Source of the DNA: Sphagnum compactum
Lineage: Eukaryota
DNA: 64,000 nucleotides
Reading direction: 5' to 3'
NCBI GenBank assembly: GCA_965153455.1
Contig: OZ234493.1
Location: forward strand, 3,410,001-3,474,000
Below the pieces are notes generated by a model. The model was not told where the DNA came from and ran no database searches. It saw only the letters and a list, made by a program, of their open reading frames with translations. Shown in pieces: positions 1 to 12,713 of the stretch (positions are counted from its first letter, which is position 1; every line of letters begins with the position of its first letter). The translations under genes and the position numbers were made by a program.

Positions 1-89
1 GCCCAAAGTTCTGCTTGGATAAAGAGCACATGTAGTGGCAGAGCTGTAAACAATAAGCAGCCCAAGCTCACAAGAAATTGTGCCTGTAC

Positions 90-691
90 CTGAATGTCCA
101 TCCCATCTTCTTCCTGAGGAACCTGCGGACAGTTGGCCTGCTTGGCCCATAGCGCTCGCCGTTCTTTTTCAGCAGGTCAGGGCGGCGGGCCTCCAGGATG
201 CCGATCATGATGTGTTGTGTGGTGACGCTATTGATTACATTCCCAGCTGTCCTCTGGGCACAGAGAGCTTCGTAAATCTCCTTCTCGACGTCCGGTGCCT
301 GCAGCAGCCAAAATATTTAATTTCACCATATTACAACCATTGGAAGTGTCTCTGGAAGCGTGCATACGTCAACGAATGCAAGCCAGACTTTCAGCTCACC
401 TCTACGAAAAGGGTCATCTGATTTCAGCCACCACGGGAAGAAAAGCCAGCTTTGAGCTTGTCCTGGGCCTCTTTGGTGAGGATGAATGGACCAGTTGGGC
501 TTTCCTTCTTCTTGAACCACCCCTTCACAGTGCTCTCGTCCAACCCCTCAAACAACGTTCTGAGGGGCCCCTCCTTCAGCGCTTTCACAGCAGGCCGCAC
601 TTCGTTCTTGGCATGGACGGCTGCCAAGATCCTCTCAATGAGGAAGGGCTTCCACCAGTTCTTCTTCTTGTTGCTCTTTGAGGCTAGTTTC
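90..691 (-). pseudogene. pogo/Tc5 (CENP-B HTH type) transposase N-terminal region, two exons, inactivated; probably continues beyond the window start
   Basis: Exon 691-400 (acceptor tgcag, donor GAG|gtgagc) reads KLASKSNKKKNWWKPFLIERILAAVHAKNEVRPAVKALKEGPLRTLFEGLDESTVKGWFKK...SRGG*NQMTLFVE. Exon 298-90 (acceptor ctgcag, donor AG|gtacag) reads APDVEKEIYEALCAQRTAGM/frameshift/INSVTTQHIMIGILEARRPDLLKKNGERYGPSRPTVRRFLRKKMGWTFR. The LxESTVxGWF and SxxxVRRFLxxxMGWxFR patterns resemble pogo-type HTH domains. There is an in-frame TGA at 424-426 and a frameshift near 238. Confidence 0.7.
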
Positions 692-1453
692 CTGCAGACA
701 CAAGCCCTTATTAGTGTGGCTCTTCTCTGGAAGCCTGTTTTAATCTTATCAGCAGATAGGAAGCAAGAAGCTACTCTGCTCTGGAAGCCAGCTTAGATCT
801 TGTCAGCAGATAGGAAGCAAGAAGTTAATCCTTGCCAGCAAGTGATCAGCTACAAACCAAGACATGCCTACCTCGTGAGCTTGCGTCCTGCCGCTTGAAA
901 AATTCTTGTTGGGCTAGCTTGATACATACACAAAGTTTTAGGCAAACACATTACCTTGTGCAAATTTTATCAACATATATATGCACACACTCAAGCAAAG
1001 GCAGAATGCATGGTAGCCCCAAAATGAACTTGACATCACATAATGAAATCAAGTTCTTCAAAGCAACCTCACTCTTTGTAGATTGAACACAAATTTTGAT
1101 AATAAAAAGGGGTGCACATACATATCTAAGAGCTAAAAACCATGTCAGATAGTAGTGGAAACTATGAACTTTTCTGCATATGTTTTTTTTTGACATTTTA
1201 AAGTTATGTTAATCATTCCATGTTGTTTTAAATGATTAATATGAATGTTGAGAAATTGAAATTAAAATTTCGTTAAATTGAATTTTCGATTTTGGTTTTA
1301 ATAAAGGACATGTGAACTTGAACAAATGTTACATCAGATTATGGTTAATTTTAGAAAGGACTAGGTAAAGGACTATTATAATAACATAATTTTGATGATA
1401 AAAAAATTTAAATGATAGTAACCTACTACTCACATTCAAAAATCACTCACAAT

Positions 1454-4167
1454 TAGGGTTGTCAAAATTGACGTGATGCTACCATTTTGCGTTGGGCGTC
1501 ACGTTGGCGTTTATCATGATGCGTCCATCACATTTGTCAAAACAAAGGCATGAAATTTTTTCTTGACATTTGGGTAGCCCTTAATACAAATGGTGATAAA
1601 AAATAGATTTCAATTGTTAATCCTGCGACGACCGAAAATTGGTGGCCATAAGGTTAGCAATTTTCGGCTACCAATCATGTGACGACCGAAAATTTGGGGT
1701 GGGGGATGATTTCTTTTCAAAAATGATATTATTTGCACTCTGCATTTTTGGTGACCAAATTTTTTTAATCACCATCTAACATACCCACATCATTGAATCG
1801 CGACCGAAAGGGGCGGGGCCACTTTCCTTTTTGGGCAATCGAAGAATTTCGGTCGCCATCCAATGGTGTGGGTTTGTTAGATGGCGACCAAAATTCTTCG
1901 GTCACCATTCGACAATGTGGATATGTTAAATGGCGATTGAATTTTTTCGGTTGTCTTCAGATACACCCCATTCTCTAATGGCGACCAAATGTTTTTCGAT
2001 CACCCAAAAAGGCATGGGGGAAGGCATGAAATGACAATAAGCACAAAAGGAGGGGGAAAAATGGAAAAAGAGGGAAAAAAGGTAATAAGAACAAGGGAAA
2101 ATTATTGGCAAGACTAAGTAGAGGGAGGGAAAAAAAACAAGACAAAGAAAGAGGGAAAATGAGGGGGTGGGAAAAAAAGAAAAAAGGAAACAAAGCACAA
2201 GGCAAAATTGAAACAAAAACAAAAACAAAAAGGGGGGGGGTTAATAACTAAAGAATAATTTAAAAAATGAAAGGGGAGATGAAAGAAGATAGAATAAAAG
2301 GTAGGGACATACCCAAAAAAAAACAAAAAAAAAAAAGGGGGATTGGGGATGAAAGAAGCAAGAAAACACGCAAAATAAGGGGGACAAAAAACCAAAAAAC
2401 AAAGGAAAAAAAAACAAATGATGAGAAGGAAGAAAAAAACAAAAAGAAGGGTTTTCATGAGATGCCACATGAATTCACTAGCCTTGGTCGAATTCATTTG
2501 GCCTCGTCAGATGGCAACCAAAATGGATTCCATCACCAATAAATTCGACTGCTACCGTTAGATGGCGAACAAAATTGGTTTGGTCGTTGCCATTAGATTT
2601 GGTTGTCGCCATTGGATGGAGATTGAAAGGGGGGAATATGACAAACCCCCTTTTGCTTGTTTCGATCACCCACAAGTATGGGCGACTTAAAAAAAATGGT
2701 CATTAATCAACTGCCACAATTTCTCAGGTTGAATAGCTAGAAAAGGGGGTATGCCACATGTTTTTGAAAACCTCTTGACAATAGTTTTCCCAGAACATAT
2801 TACAACCCCTTTTTATGGCAACTAAAACAATTTGGTTACCATCCGAAAAATAGTGATATTAAGATGGTGTCGGAAAATTTTCGATCACCACACCTTGTCC
2901 TGTTTCGGTCACCCCCTATGGCAATTGAAAATTTATAATCGCCACAAGGATGGAGACTAAAAAGAATTTGGTTAGGCCCCCTTTGTGGCAATCGAAGAGT
3001 TTCGGTTGTTATCTAACACACCCACACCATCGAATGGGACCTAAATTTTTCAATTGCCTAGAAGGGAAAACGAGGCATGAAATAATTTTTTTTTCCAAAA
3101 TCATATCACAAGCCCCCACCCCTATCAGTTGGCATTTGATGATTAGGGTATGTTGGATGGCAACTAGAAATTTTGGGTCGTTGAAAGGAGGGGGGATGCA
3201 TGTCATATCATATTTGAAAAAAATTCATCCCTACCACGCCTTCTTGGGCAATTGAAAAATTTTAGTTGCCACCCAACAGTGGGGATGTGTTGGATGGTGA
3301 CAGAAAAAATTTGGGTACCCCTTTATGGTAATTGTGACAACCGAAATTTTTTAATTGCCACAAAAGGTTGGCTTGTGGCATCTTTTTCAAAAGCTTTGTC
3401 AATGGGTTTTCAAAAAATGTGACATGCCTTTTTTCTTGGGACCGAAAAATTCGGTTGCCATCTATCATACACCCATCATCGAATGGTGACCAAATTTTTT
3501 CGGTCACCACCCACACCATTGGACAACAACCAAAAAATTTCAGTCATTAATGAATGGTGCGAGTGTGTCCAATGACGACAAAAAAAAATCGGTCACCGTT
3601 TGATAGACCGCCATTGTCAAATGGCGATTGAATTTTTTTGGTCGCCAAGAAAGGGGGTTGTGTCATATGTTTTTGTCAAAGGCTTTCTTGAAACATATGA
3701 CATGCCCCCCTTTTGTAGCAATTGAAACGTTTTGATCACCATAAAGAGGGGTGATCGAAATTTTTTTAGTTGCCGCAACATTGGTGATTGAAAATTTTCG
3801 ATTGTTGTAGGGTTAGTGACTGAAAATTTTGGTTGCCACAAGGTTTGGCGATTGAAAAATTCAGTCCCTGTACCTTGTGGCAATTGATTATTATTTCGAT
3901 CGCTATACCTTGTGCTAATCGAAATTTTTTTCAATTACCACAAGGTATGGTGATTGACTTTTTTCAGTCACCACAAGGTTTATGGTGATTGAAATGGGTC
4001 TGGTTTTAGTTGCCCATATGTTTGGTTCAAGCAACTTGAAAATTCTTATGGCCTAAGTTGACCTAGGTTGACCTAGGTTGACCCTATATTGATGTGACGC
4101 AAGGGTGCATCTGCATCCAGATGTGTCCATCATGTTGTAACGGACACAAAATGTGGTGACAACCATG
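1454..4167. mobile_element. Non-autonomous hAT-type DNA transposon
   Basis: TIRs TAGGGTTGTCA (1454-1464) and TGACAACCATG (4157-4167). 8-bp TSD CTCACAAT (1446-1453) / CCCACAAT (4168-4175). Interior is many short GGCGACC/GGTCGCC-type subrepeats plus a purine-rich tract; no real coding capacity. Confidence 0.8.
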
Positions 4168-4559
4168 CCCACAATTTTTAAAATATGGAATTGGAAATTT
4201 TAAAAATTAATTCAAAATATTTTTCAATTTTTAAAATTATCAAAAGTCCTTTATCACATGCAAATGGGGCGTAATGTGCATGACATACAAAACAAACTTG
4301 TAATGTATGATTCAAAAAACAAAAACCCAAAGTAGTTAGCATTTTTTGGTGTGATTCAAAATTATGATAAATTTTCAAGATGAAATGCAAAATCTACACA
4401 CTTTGAAAAATTCATATTTATTCAACAATAATTAACACAAAACATGTGATCTATTAGGCCAACTATATGTATTTAAGATAACAAGTTGCAAAAGAAAATG
4501 TCACCTTTTGATTAATTTCACCCCAAAAAAAAGGTTGCCCTTAAGACATCACACATCCA

Positions 4560-5425
4560 TTTGAATATTTTTAGTGGAATGTGAAAACTCATCAAATAAC
4601 AAATGGTTCCTTTCAAGATTCCATTTTGGAACATTTGCACCATCATACCGTCACTAACATGTTCTCCAACAAGATACTTGATGCCCATCATGCCCAAATT
4701 TTATCATGTTTGGGCCCTAGGGCGGGTGCTTGGTTTATAATTCAACTAATCTTCCCAACTTTTCAATTTTTTTCTCTAATTTTCTTCACATCACTTCGGA
4801 TGTGGCCTGGATTAACACATCCTTCAATTGCAAGCCTCCCAAATGTGTATGCACACATCCAATTGACCCTATGGGTATTCACCTCTTATGTTGTGCCCAT
4901 GACAATGAATGCATGGGGACCCATGATGCAGTCCACAACACTTTTGTTGCAATTGCGTGAGATGTTGGTTTATACGAAGAACAAGAACAATTACATGCAT
5001 TTCCTTCAGCCATGTTCGATTCCTCTTGTTCATGAGTCAACATTGTGCTCATGAAAAATGGAATTTGCGCCCTAGTTGACATTGTCATAACCAACCCAAT
5101 GCTTGCGGATCTACCTCCTCAATCTTGCACAACTCAAAGATTTGCTACTTCCACCAAGCCAAAGAAAGGAGCTACCGCGATTGACACCCCACTTATCAAT
5201 TTTTCCCTCTAGCAATTGAGATATTTAGATGATTACACAAACATGCTTACGTGTTTTTACATAATTGAATCAATAGTATTTACAACCTACAAGAGCCAGA
5301 AGGCCTTCCCCTTTCTATCTTGATTACTTTTTTCATCAAAAAGTTTCAATTACGTTGCAAAAGATATAAGCATCTTCCATCTTCAATCGAGCAGTAACAA
5401 TAGGTCTAACTAGTTCCCAACTTCC
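4560..5425 (+). mobile_element. Decayed 3' end of a CRE-clade-like non-LTR retrotransposon (zinc knuckle + restriction-like endonuclease)
   Basis: Broken frames give AQILSCLGPRAGAW, CVCTHPIDPMGIHLLCCAHDNECMGTHDAV (CxC..H..C..HD), VNIV..ALVDIVITNP, AKERSY and FPLAIEIF. Many stops and frameshifts. Confidence 0.65.
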
Positions 5426-6109
5426 TGCTGGGATTAGACTGCTGTGATCAGAGCAGCCTCCTGGAAAGAGACCCTGAATCACCTCTTAACCAACGCTTGA
5501 CTTGTTGTAAATGCTCAAGAGGTATATTCTCAAAACATATTTAAATAAACTTGCACATGAATACAATTTCTTTCCTGTTTTGTGCGCACATGTTCGTTGG
5601 CAAAAGAGCATCACAAATTTTCACATTAGAAGCTGAACAAGGTCCAGGAAGGCACTTATTAGAGCTTCATATGATACCTGATTAAATTATCACCAGCTCA
5701 AAGCACAGGATTTGAAGTTTCCAGTGTCCGGGAAAATGACACATAAGCAATCTCACAATTGAGAAAACATTGATTAATGTTTTGGGACCTAGATCTGCAG
5801 ACTTGGGGTCGACTCCAGGTTTACAGTCTTTTTTACCACCACACCGTTTTCAAAATGCAGCTGAATGACGATTTGGCACTTGAAGAAAAATAAGCCAACA
5901 CTAAGTCTGATACTACCTTGAGGTAGGCACAAGTTGATGTCTGGGCTCACTTTAAAGAATATTTTTGGTCTCTTTTGGTGGTGCTTTTGATATGCAGTTG
6001 GTATCATTATATACTGAGCCAGGGTCAGTCAAGATCAATCAAAGGACTCGATGCATGGTCCCCAATTTAAGTGTACCTAAGAAATTTTGTAGTGCATTTG
6101 ATATTTGAG

Positions 6110-6769
6110 TGCACCTTATATTCATGAATATCACCCCTCCATAAAAGAGGAAAGATCTTACAATAGCTAATACTCAAGAATGTGAGGGAAATTATACCTA
6201 CTTACAAGTTTAAGATCCCTCTTGCTCTTAAGTAATAGGTGTAAGAACCGTCCCCTCTTATGCCTTGTGATTTACCTATGTTTAAGTGTTAAGGAAGGCC
6301 GGTGAATTGAGGCGGTACCAGAATAAGGTGCCCACCACTGACATTACCAAAATAAGGCATCCACCTTAGGCAATGGGTGCCTTATTCTGATAAATCACCA
6401 TCCAAGTGCCTTACCATGGGTAAATGATATGTCAACATATGTTCTTCATATCTAATGGCACCCATATTGTGCAAAGAAAGAACAGCCAAACCTTAACAAA
6501 ATGTTCGAGCCACCTAGATATGTAAGGTGACCTTCAGTATCAAGCGGGCATATTATGTATTTTAAGCACCCTCCAAATCCTCTGGGAAATCTCTGAGAGG
6601 TCATTATGTTTATGATAATGTCATCCCTTATGATGGGGAAAGCCCATGGATGGGGGGAAATCCCACAATGTGGGGCCCGAGTCCAGAGCCCAGACTGGGC
6701 AACTGCCTAAGTCCTCATCTTAGGCTCCATATTTTAGGAATTCTCCCACTCTAGGGCCTTTTCCTAAAG
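6110..6769 (+). repeat. Old LTR-like relic abutting the distal promoter of copy 1 (also about 14640-15125, 29010-29667 and, reversed, 41367-42010)
   Basis: Shares blocks with the LTR-like element at 51681-52576 (accttat..tgaatat, taagatccctc, taggtgtaa, cagagcc(c)agact, ctcatc.taggc, agggccttt). The copy-4 version ends ...tcctACA. Confidence 0.45.
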
Positions 6770-6975
6770 GTGCGCCAACTGATAGGTATAACTATTAACA
6801 GTAGTCAGATGGATTATAACTTCACTCTTCTCATTAGCGACGAGGATGACCTCATTAGCTGTGAGGGTGGACACGGAAGCCCAGAGACGATCTGTTTCGA
6901 CAAATCTGTTCGGAAGGACAATGCTCCACCGAAATTTGTTGACGATTTCATATGACTTTCCCGTAAATTTGTTCT

Positions 6976-7402
6976 GGGGACGTCCACAGAAAAAGTTGCG
7001 AAAGTGATTAGCTTGTACTCCACGGTTGTTTAGATTCTCTAATTTCTGTTTACTTCGGTTGTTATTTAGCCACACACGCTGCGACCCACCAGATTCTTAT
7101 GTCTGAGAATTGAAAAATTTCCAAGTGATATCCGAGCAGCTAGTCGATTGCGCTGGCGCCGCGTGATGAGAAACAACTTTGCTCAAAGCGGGAAGTTGGA
7201 GTTCGACGGTTTTCCTAAATCGCCCATGTGGAGGTAAATGCTTGCAGTGGTTCCCTCCCCGCCCCAAAACCAAAAATTCCGACAACGGTAAATGCGTGTT
7301 TCTTGGGATGCAAGGATAGCAGCACGCCGAGTAGTTCTTTGTTGCAGAACGACCCCCTGGAGACTTTTCTTTGGTTTTGAGTAGGAGCTTACAGAGTATA
7401 TC
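6976..7402 (+). promoter_or_regulatory. Promoter of peptide gene copy 1
   Basis: GACGTC 6979-6984, GAAAAATTTCC 7112-7122, CCGCGT 7159-7164, AATGCGTGTTT 7291-7301, CTTG-N5-CAAG 7302-7314, TATA-like TATATC 7397-7402. These sit at equivalent positions in most paralogues. Confidence 0.55.
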
Positions 7403-7929
7403 AAAGAAACCGTTAGCTCCACTAATTCTTCACTGGAAAATCTCTTCTCCAGATCAAAGAGTGCAGCATCGAGTGGGATACTCATCAGTTAAATCACAAA
7501 CTTAGATTTTTCCATAGTCTTTACGAATCAGCTCAGTTAAGACATCATTCAACTGGCTTGTGGTGAACCGAAGTCCTGCAATTAGAGGCTTTTTCAATTT
7601 CAACGATCAATTAGCAGTTTCCTCTTTGAAAGCTTCGCTTCCAGCTTCTTCCAGCTCCTAGATCATATCTAAGTACTAGAATTCGTCCCTGCAGAATTCC
7701 TATTTTTCCTAATTTTCATTTCCCCCTGGATTCAATCTTCACCATTACAATACTTCCAGCATATTCCCTCCCCGTTCTAGATCTTGGTCTTCTTCGCTTT
7801 CTGGTGTGTGGATTCGATCCAAATCTGCAGCTTTCATTTGGAGCTACCAGACCACTGAAAGGGTGTCCAAGCCAGATTTCCTAAGGCTTGCAGAATTTGG
7901 TTTGTTGGATTACCACAGACAACAGCACA

Positions 7930-8307
7930 ATGACCTGGGCGGGGCTATCTAAGGTGGTGGATCCATGCAATAACCGCAAGAGTGTATCTGGAGGACAGGG
8001 GCATGAAGTACACCAGAGTTTCTGCGGCATGATGGCCCTCAACAATTGTCAGTATGTCTATCAGGCTGACAACGAAGGAGATGGTGGATCGTCAAACTAC
8101 AAACCTCCAAAGAGAACCCAGTTCGTAAAATCTTTTGGAGATGGCAAAGGATCGCCATGGAACCCCGCACCTCCCCCTAGGGGCGCTATGTGTACAGGGA
8201 ACACAAAGAATATTTTGGGGTGGGGAGTTGATGGAGGGAGCTATGGAGATGGAGGTGGGAGTAAAATTAACCTGGGAAGTGTGATCTCTGGTGACAATCA
8301 TCAGTAG
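7930..8307 (+). CDS. GDG-motif multi-core peptide precursor-like protein, copy 1 (125 aa; a 1-nt deletion alters the third motif and C-terminus)
   Basis: acaATG start at the position conserved in all copies. MTWAGLSKVVDPC...EGDGGSSNYKPP...FGDGKGSPWNPAPPP...YGDGGGSKINLGSVISGDNHQ. Sequence aaaattaacctggg versus aaaattaaacctggg in copies 2, 3 and 6. Confidence 0.6.
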   Translation: MTWAGLSKVVDPCNNRKSVSGGQGHEVHQSFCGMMALNNCQYVYQADNEGDGGSSNYKPPKRTQFVKSFGDGKGSPWNPAPPPRGAMCTGNTKNILGWGVDGGSYGDGGGSKINLGSVISGDNHQ

Positions 8308-8747
8308 CAGCACCTCTGAACACATGAATTGCAGTACATGCTTAAGCTAGATGGTTTTCTTGTTGCTGGAAAGAAAGCTCAGGACATTGAATCCAGTACA
8401 ACCTTTCTGGGTCTTTGTGCTTGAAGAATAGATAGCTTTAGGACATATTGAACACAAATTCTTTGCGGGTTTTCCAGATCCATCATTCTTTTTAGCCATA
8501 GGAAGCAACCAAGTATGAAATAGTCATCAATTTATTTCAATTTGTACATACATAGGTCATTTGATGTGCTTAATTCTTTCACCCACGGTCAGCTACCCCA
8601 ACCCCCTGTGCATGCCAGCAGACCATTGGGCCAGGTACTGAATAAGGGGGGAAGAAGGAAAAGAGAAACAGAGTAATTAGGAGCACCTGGAATTCCTATT
8701 CAGTTCACACATTTTGTGGAACTTAGCTTGTACATAGGAATCGCTTA

Positions 8748-8753
8748 AATAAA
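8748..8753 (+). terminator. Candidate polyadenylation signal AATAAA of the peptide gene
   Basis: AATAAAG occurs about 430-465 nt after the stop in copies 1, 2, 3, 4 (reversed) and the more diverged copy 6 (62512-62517). Confidence 0.35.
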
Positions 8754-11700
8754 GACCAAAGTGCTGTGCATGTACATATGACCAATATTGAGCTCCTTTA
8801 CATGCCAGGCTTTTCTAGAGATTTGAGGTTGCATACATGAGATCAATGCACCATGAGTCAAATTTTGGTTGTCTGCATTTCCAAGTGGGAAAACCAGCGG
8901 TAATGAGTCTTGACAAGAAGAAATAGCCATCCAGGTAGTCCAAGGTATGCATCAACTACTCTCATCCATGGCCAATACTGGAATCGTGGTTGGGGGTCAG
9001 GTCAAATTTAAGTAGTAATAAAAGTCCTCTATCTGTTGGAACAGCTTTGGCAATTTTGTGGTTGGGGAATACTACAAGTCAGGAATTCTGGACATTCAAA
9101 TGTCAAGACTACTCAGATGCCCCATGTGGAAACCATTGTATACTGTCCTTTGTGTACAAATTTCAATCAGAATGACATTTTAACTTGAAGAATGATCCGA
9201 GAAGTACACCAAACTAGGGCTACTAAGCCCCAGTTTCACAAAAACTGGGGATGAAATGAGAAGTCAGGATCTGGAAAGAGTGCACAAGGAAAAAAAAAAG
9301 TGTTCTTGGTTCTTAGGGTAGTTGCACCCTCAGTTTTGGATTTGCGTTATCTGTGCCTGGATTGTGCTGCTCGTATTCTTCATTAAATCAAGCCCTGTTA
9401 GAATACAATTGTACAAATCCTCTGAACTGATAGAGAATTTCATGAAACCAACTCAATTTCAGTCACTTCACAGCTACACTCAAATTGGGGATGAAGCAGG
9501 AATTAGAGGGTCAAACTAGGGCCCAAATGATGGGTGATTTTATGAATATCTGTATTGGCCTCCAAGTAATGATTGTTAGTAGTGCCAATCAGCCTTTTAT
9601 TTATTGGCAAAAATTTTCCAAAAAGCGAAATTAAAATTTAAAAATCTGAAAATGAAGTGATTTTGGAGGCTTTGAATAGCCAAAAGTGAGGGAAAAACAA
9701 AGTTAAAAAATCCAGATTTTTATATTTGCTTTTTAGTGTGTAACCAAAATTATAGGAGGATTAAAGATTTGTGTATCATTTGTTTTAATAGCCAAATTTA
9801 GCTAAATCTTTCTAAAGATGATAGCCACTTTTTGTACATCTTCCTAACAATGCTTGCCACTTTGGCTACAAACAAAAATTCCTAAATGAAACATTGGTGC
9901 TAAAATCACTTACAATGTGATGGGGCTATTACCAATTTGTCAAGTATTGCCTAGGTTTAGGATGCATCTTCAATCTTAAACCAAGTAGAACTGGGAAGAC
10001 AAAAGAAGTCCAATACTAGAAAGCAAATAATTTAAGGTCAGGTTTTTCTCTGTATTTCAATGTGGGATGTACCTTGTTGGAGCTTTTGGCCTTGTGCATG
10101 ATGAGCAACAACATAAAAAAAACCAATGGGTTAAAAGTGACATGTGCAGTTACAATTGTAAAGTTTTGTTGTTTAACCATCTATTTTTAGTATGCCAAAA
10201 ATGGTATTCATGACTTGATCATTTTATTATTAATGCTCAAACCTAGCCATGTAGTTGTATGTGACATGTTAAATGTTTTGTAATATTTATTATGACTACA
10301 TGACTATAATCATTTCTTTGGTTGATAATATTTACAACATGGGATGTAATTAATGGCAACTAATCCTTCCAAGTGGATGAATTGTGGGTGATTTCTCATT
10401 CACCTAACCCATCACATTTCACATTAGTCACAAATATAATTAAATATTGGTCACAATGATGACATGGACGTAAAGTTGTTAAATGTTTATGAAAGTTCAT
10501 TATGGATATACTAGGAATATGTTACATAAGGATATATATCTAGGAATGCAGCGATAAGTTGGGGGCCAATGATAGGTAGGTAGGCGTATCTATTTAATTA
10601 TCTAGGCTACTTACTTATTTACCTATGCTTACTTGCCCACTTATTTGCCTAACTTATGAACCTACTGACTTACTTAACATACCTATTTATTTAGTGTAGG
10701 CTACTTACCTAAGTTAGCTAGGCTCAAAGAAAAATAAAGTAGACAAAAAAAGTAAACATTTCCACTTCAACCTTGCATTGTTCATATAATTACCATAAAA
10801 TAACATCAAATGAGGTGAAAGTGTGCGTTAAGTAGCATTAGTTTGCTCTATTAATTTTATGAGAATTTAATTTTTTTTTTAAAAATTAAATAGATAAAAA
10901 TAAATTTGAAACCAATTGAAAAATACATGTTCAAACCTACTTTTTGGTTAGAAAATTTAGTGAAATTAATATGTAATAAGTTAGGAAATGAAAATCAACA
11001 TATGTTTTAGCAAGTCATCACAAAAAATATATATTTCTTTTTTGTAAGAACTTACTTGACACCTACTTGAAACCAAAAGCCCACATTGAAAAGTAAACGT
11101 CAAAAGCTATTTGTATTTTTAAAAACCTACTTAAAACCTACTTTTATAGTTTAAAATATGAAAATCAATACACATTAGTGAAAACATATATTAGATTTAA
11201 TCATTGAAATGAAAACATACAATGTTTCATAATTCTATAATGAATATTTAATTAAATAGGATTTTATTTACTTAAGCCTACCTATCTATCTACTTAGGCC
11301 TATGTACCTAATTCTAGGGGGTGCAATCATCGTAACATGTGTCACAAGAGTTGTAACAGATGTTTAATTTTTCACATTTTTTAGTCAAAATTTAATTTAT
11401 TGTTGAATATGCTGAAAACCAATTCACAAATATGTTGCCAATATATTATAATATCACCTTGGAAAATATTTTCATGAAGCCATATATGATAAAAGGTCCC
11501 AAAACATTCCTTAAACATTGTAATCAATGCTTTTGAGTGCTTATTTTGTTATTTTTAGATAAAATGGGAAACAATTATCAAAGCAACATTTCGTCATATT
11601 AATTAATCAAGATGTTAATTGACCCTTTGGTCAAAAAGACGCCATTCAACATGAATGTGTATAAAATGAGTTTGTCCCAAGTGACACTTTGGTCAAGTTG

Positions 11701-11777
11701 GATAAGGAAACAAAATTATCACATGTGATTTTTTTGACTAATTTTTCCAATTAAAAAAATTGTGATTTTTTGTAATA

Positions 11778-12230
11778 GTGCTTGGCAAACTCATACATAA
11801 GCACAATTTAATTGGAAAGGGCTATTAGTCCTTGGTTTGGTGTTGAAGTATTCTCATAAAATTAGGGATTATTTCCAAATGATTAAGTGCTAGATGTAAA
11901 TGCTTGACAAACTATTACATAAGCACAATGTGCCTAAAAAAAGGATTTCTTGGTTTGGTATTGAAGTAACTTTCATAAAATTGAGGATTGTTTCCAAAGG
12001 TCTACTTAAAAGTGCTAGATGGAGGTGCTTGGTAGACCTTTACATAAACACAATGAGCTTGGAAAGGGTTATGAATCCTTGCTTTGGTGTTGAAATAACT
12101 TTCATTAAACTAAGGATTGTTTCAAAAGGACTCCCCAAAAGTGTTAGATGGAAGTGCTTAGTAGACGTTTACATAAGCACAATGTGCTTGGAAAGCATTG
12201 TGAATCCTTGCTTTGGTACTTGAGTAACCT
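11778..12230. repeat. Degenerate tandem repeat, about 125-bp unit x 3.6
   Basis: Units start at about 11778, 11900, 12025 and 12154 (gtgcttg..acataagcacaat..tttggt.ttgaa..aagtgctagatg). Confidence 0.8.
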
Positions 12231-12713
12231 TGACAAATCTGGTGTTTCATTTTAATGCATTTAATGATGAAAATATGTGATTGGTAGAAGGAAATTTTTT
12301 GCTTGGAAACCTAGTTTAGAGTCCTTGTTATTTGTGCTTCAACAACCTTAAGTGATTGAATCCTAACGTAATTACATTTCTATACTTCTAATTGTTTATT
12401 GGATGCATTAATTTTTGATCTTTTGTGAATGAATATTATTCTAACATTGCTTTGAATGAAAACTTGTGATTTTGTCTTTAGAGTTTTCGATGCATTACAT
12501 AGGTGCTTTGTCAACCTTTAGTAGATCTTACACCTACTTTCTAAGTATTAAGGACAAATTTTAGTTTTGTACTTCCAATTTTGTTTTGAATGCTTGACAT
12601 TCTTTGTGTTTTCTTCAAATTCTAATTTATGTAACATTCATACTTTGAAAGACCAGATGTTTTGAATTGTTTCTGGAAATTTTATTCAAACATATGGAAT
12701 TAAGACAAATGAA

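Larger units (their letters stand above)
3833..10642 (+). repeat. Segmental duplication unit A (hAT end + LINE relic + peptide gene copy 1); paralogous to 22039-33582
   Basis: Collinear near-identity with 22039-33582, which carries extra sequence at 22255-22393 and about 22845-27145. Confidence 0.85.

Noticed and set aside
1793-3934. Many ORFs of 60-127 aa (Phe-rich or Lys-rich), also at 19146-22194
   Set aside because: Translations of low-complexity and subrepeat sequence inside the non-autonomous hAT element and solo LTR.
7183-7485. Antisense ORFs over the promoter and leader (MSIPLDAALF..., also 6764-7075, 30153-30452, 45270-45599, 61083-61268)
   Set aside because: Frames, starts and stops are not conserved among paralogues; the similarity reflects conserved non-coding DNA.
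11778-12230. CRISPR-like array or repeat protein (ORF 11900-12223)
   Set aside because: Plain degenerate tandem repeat without unique spacers, in a eukaryotic context.
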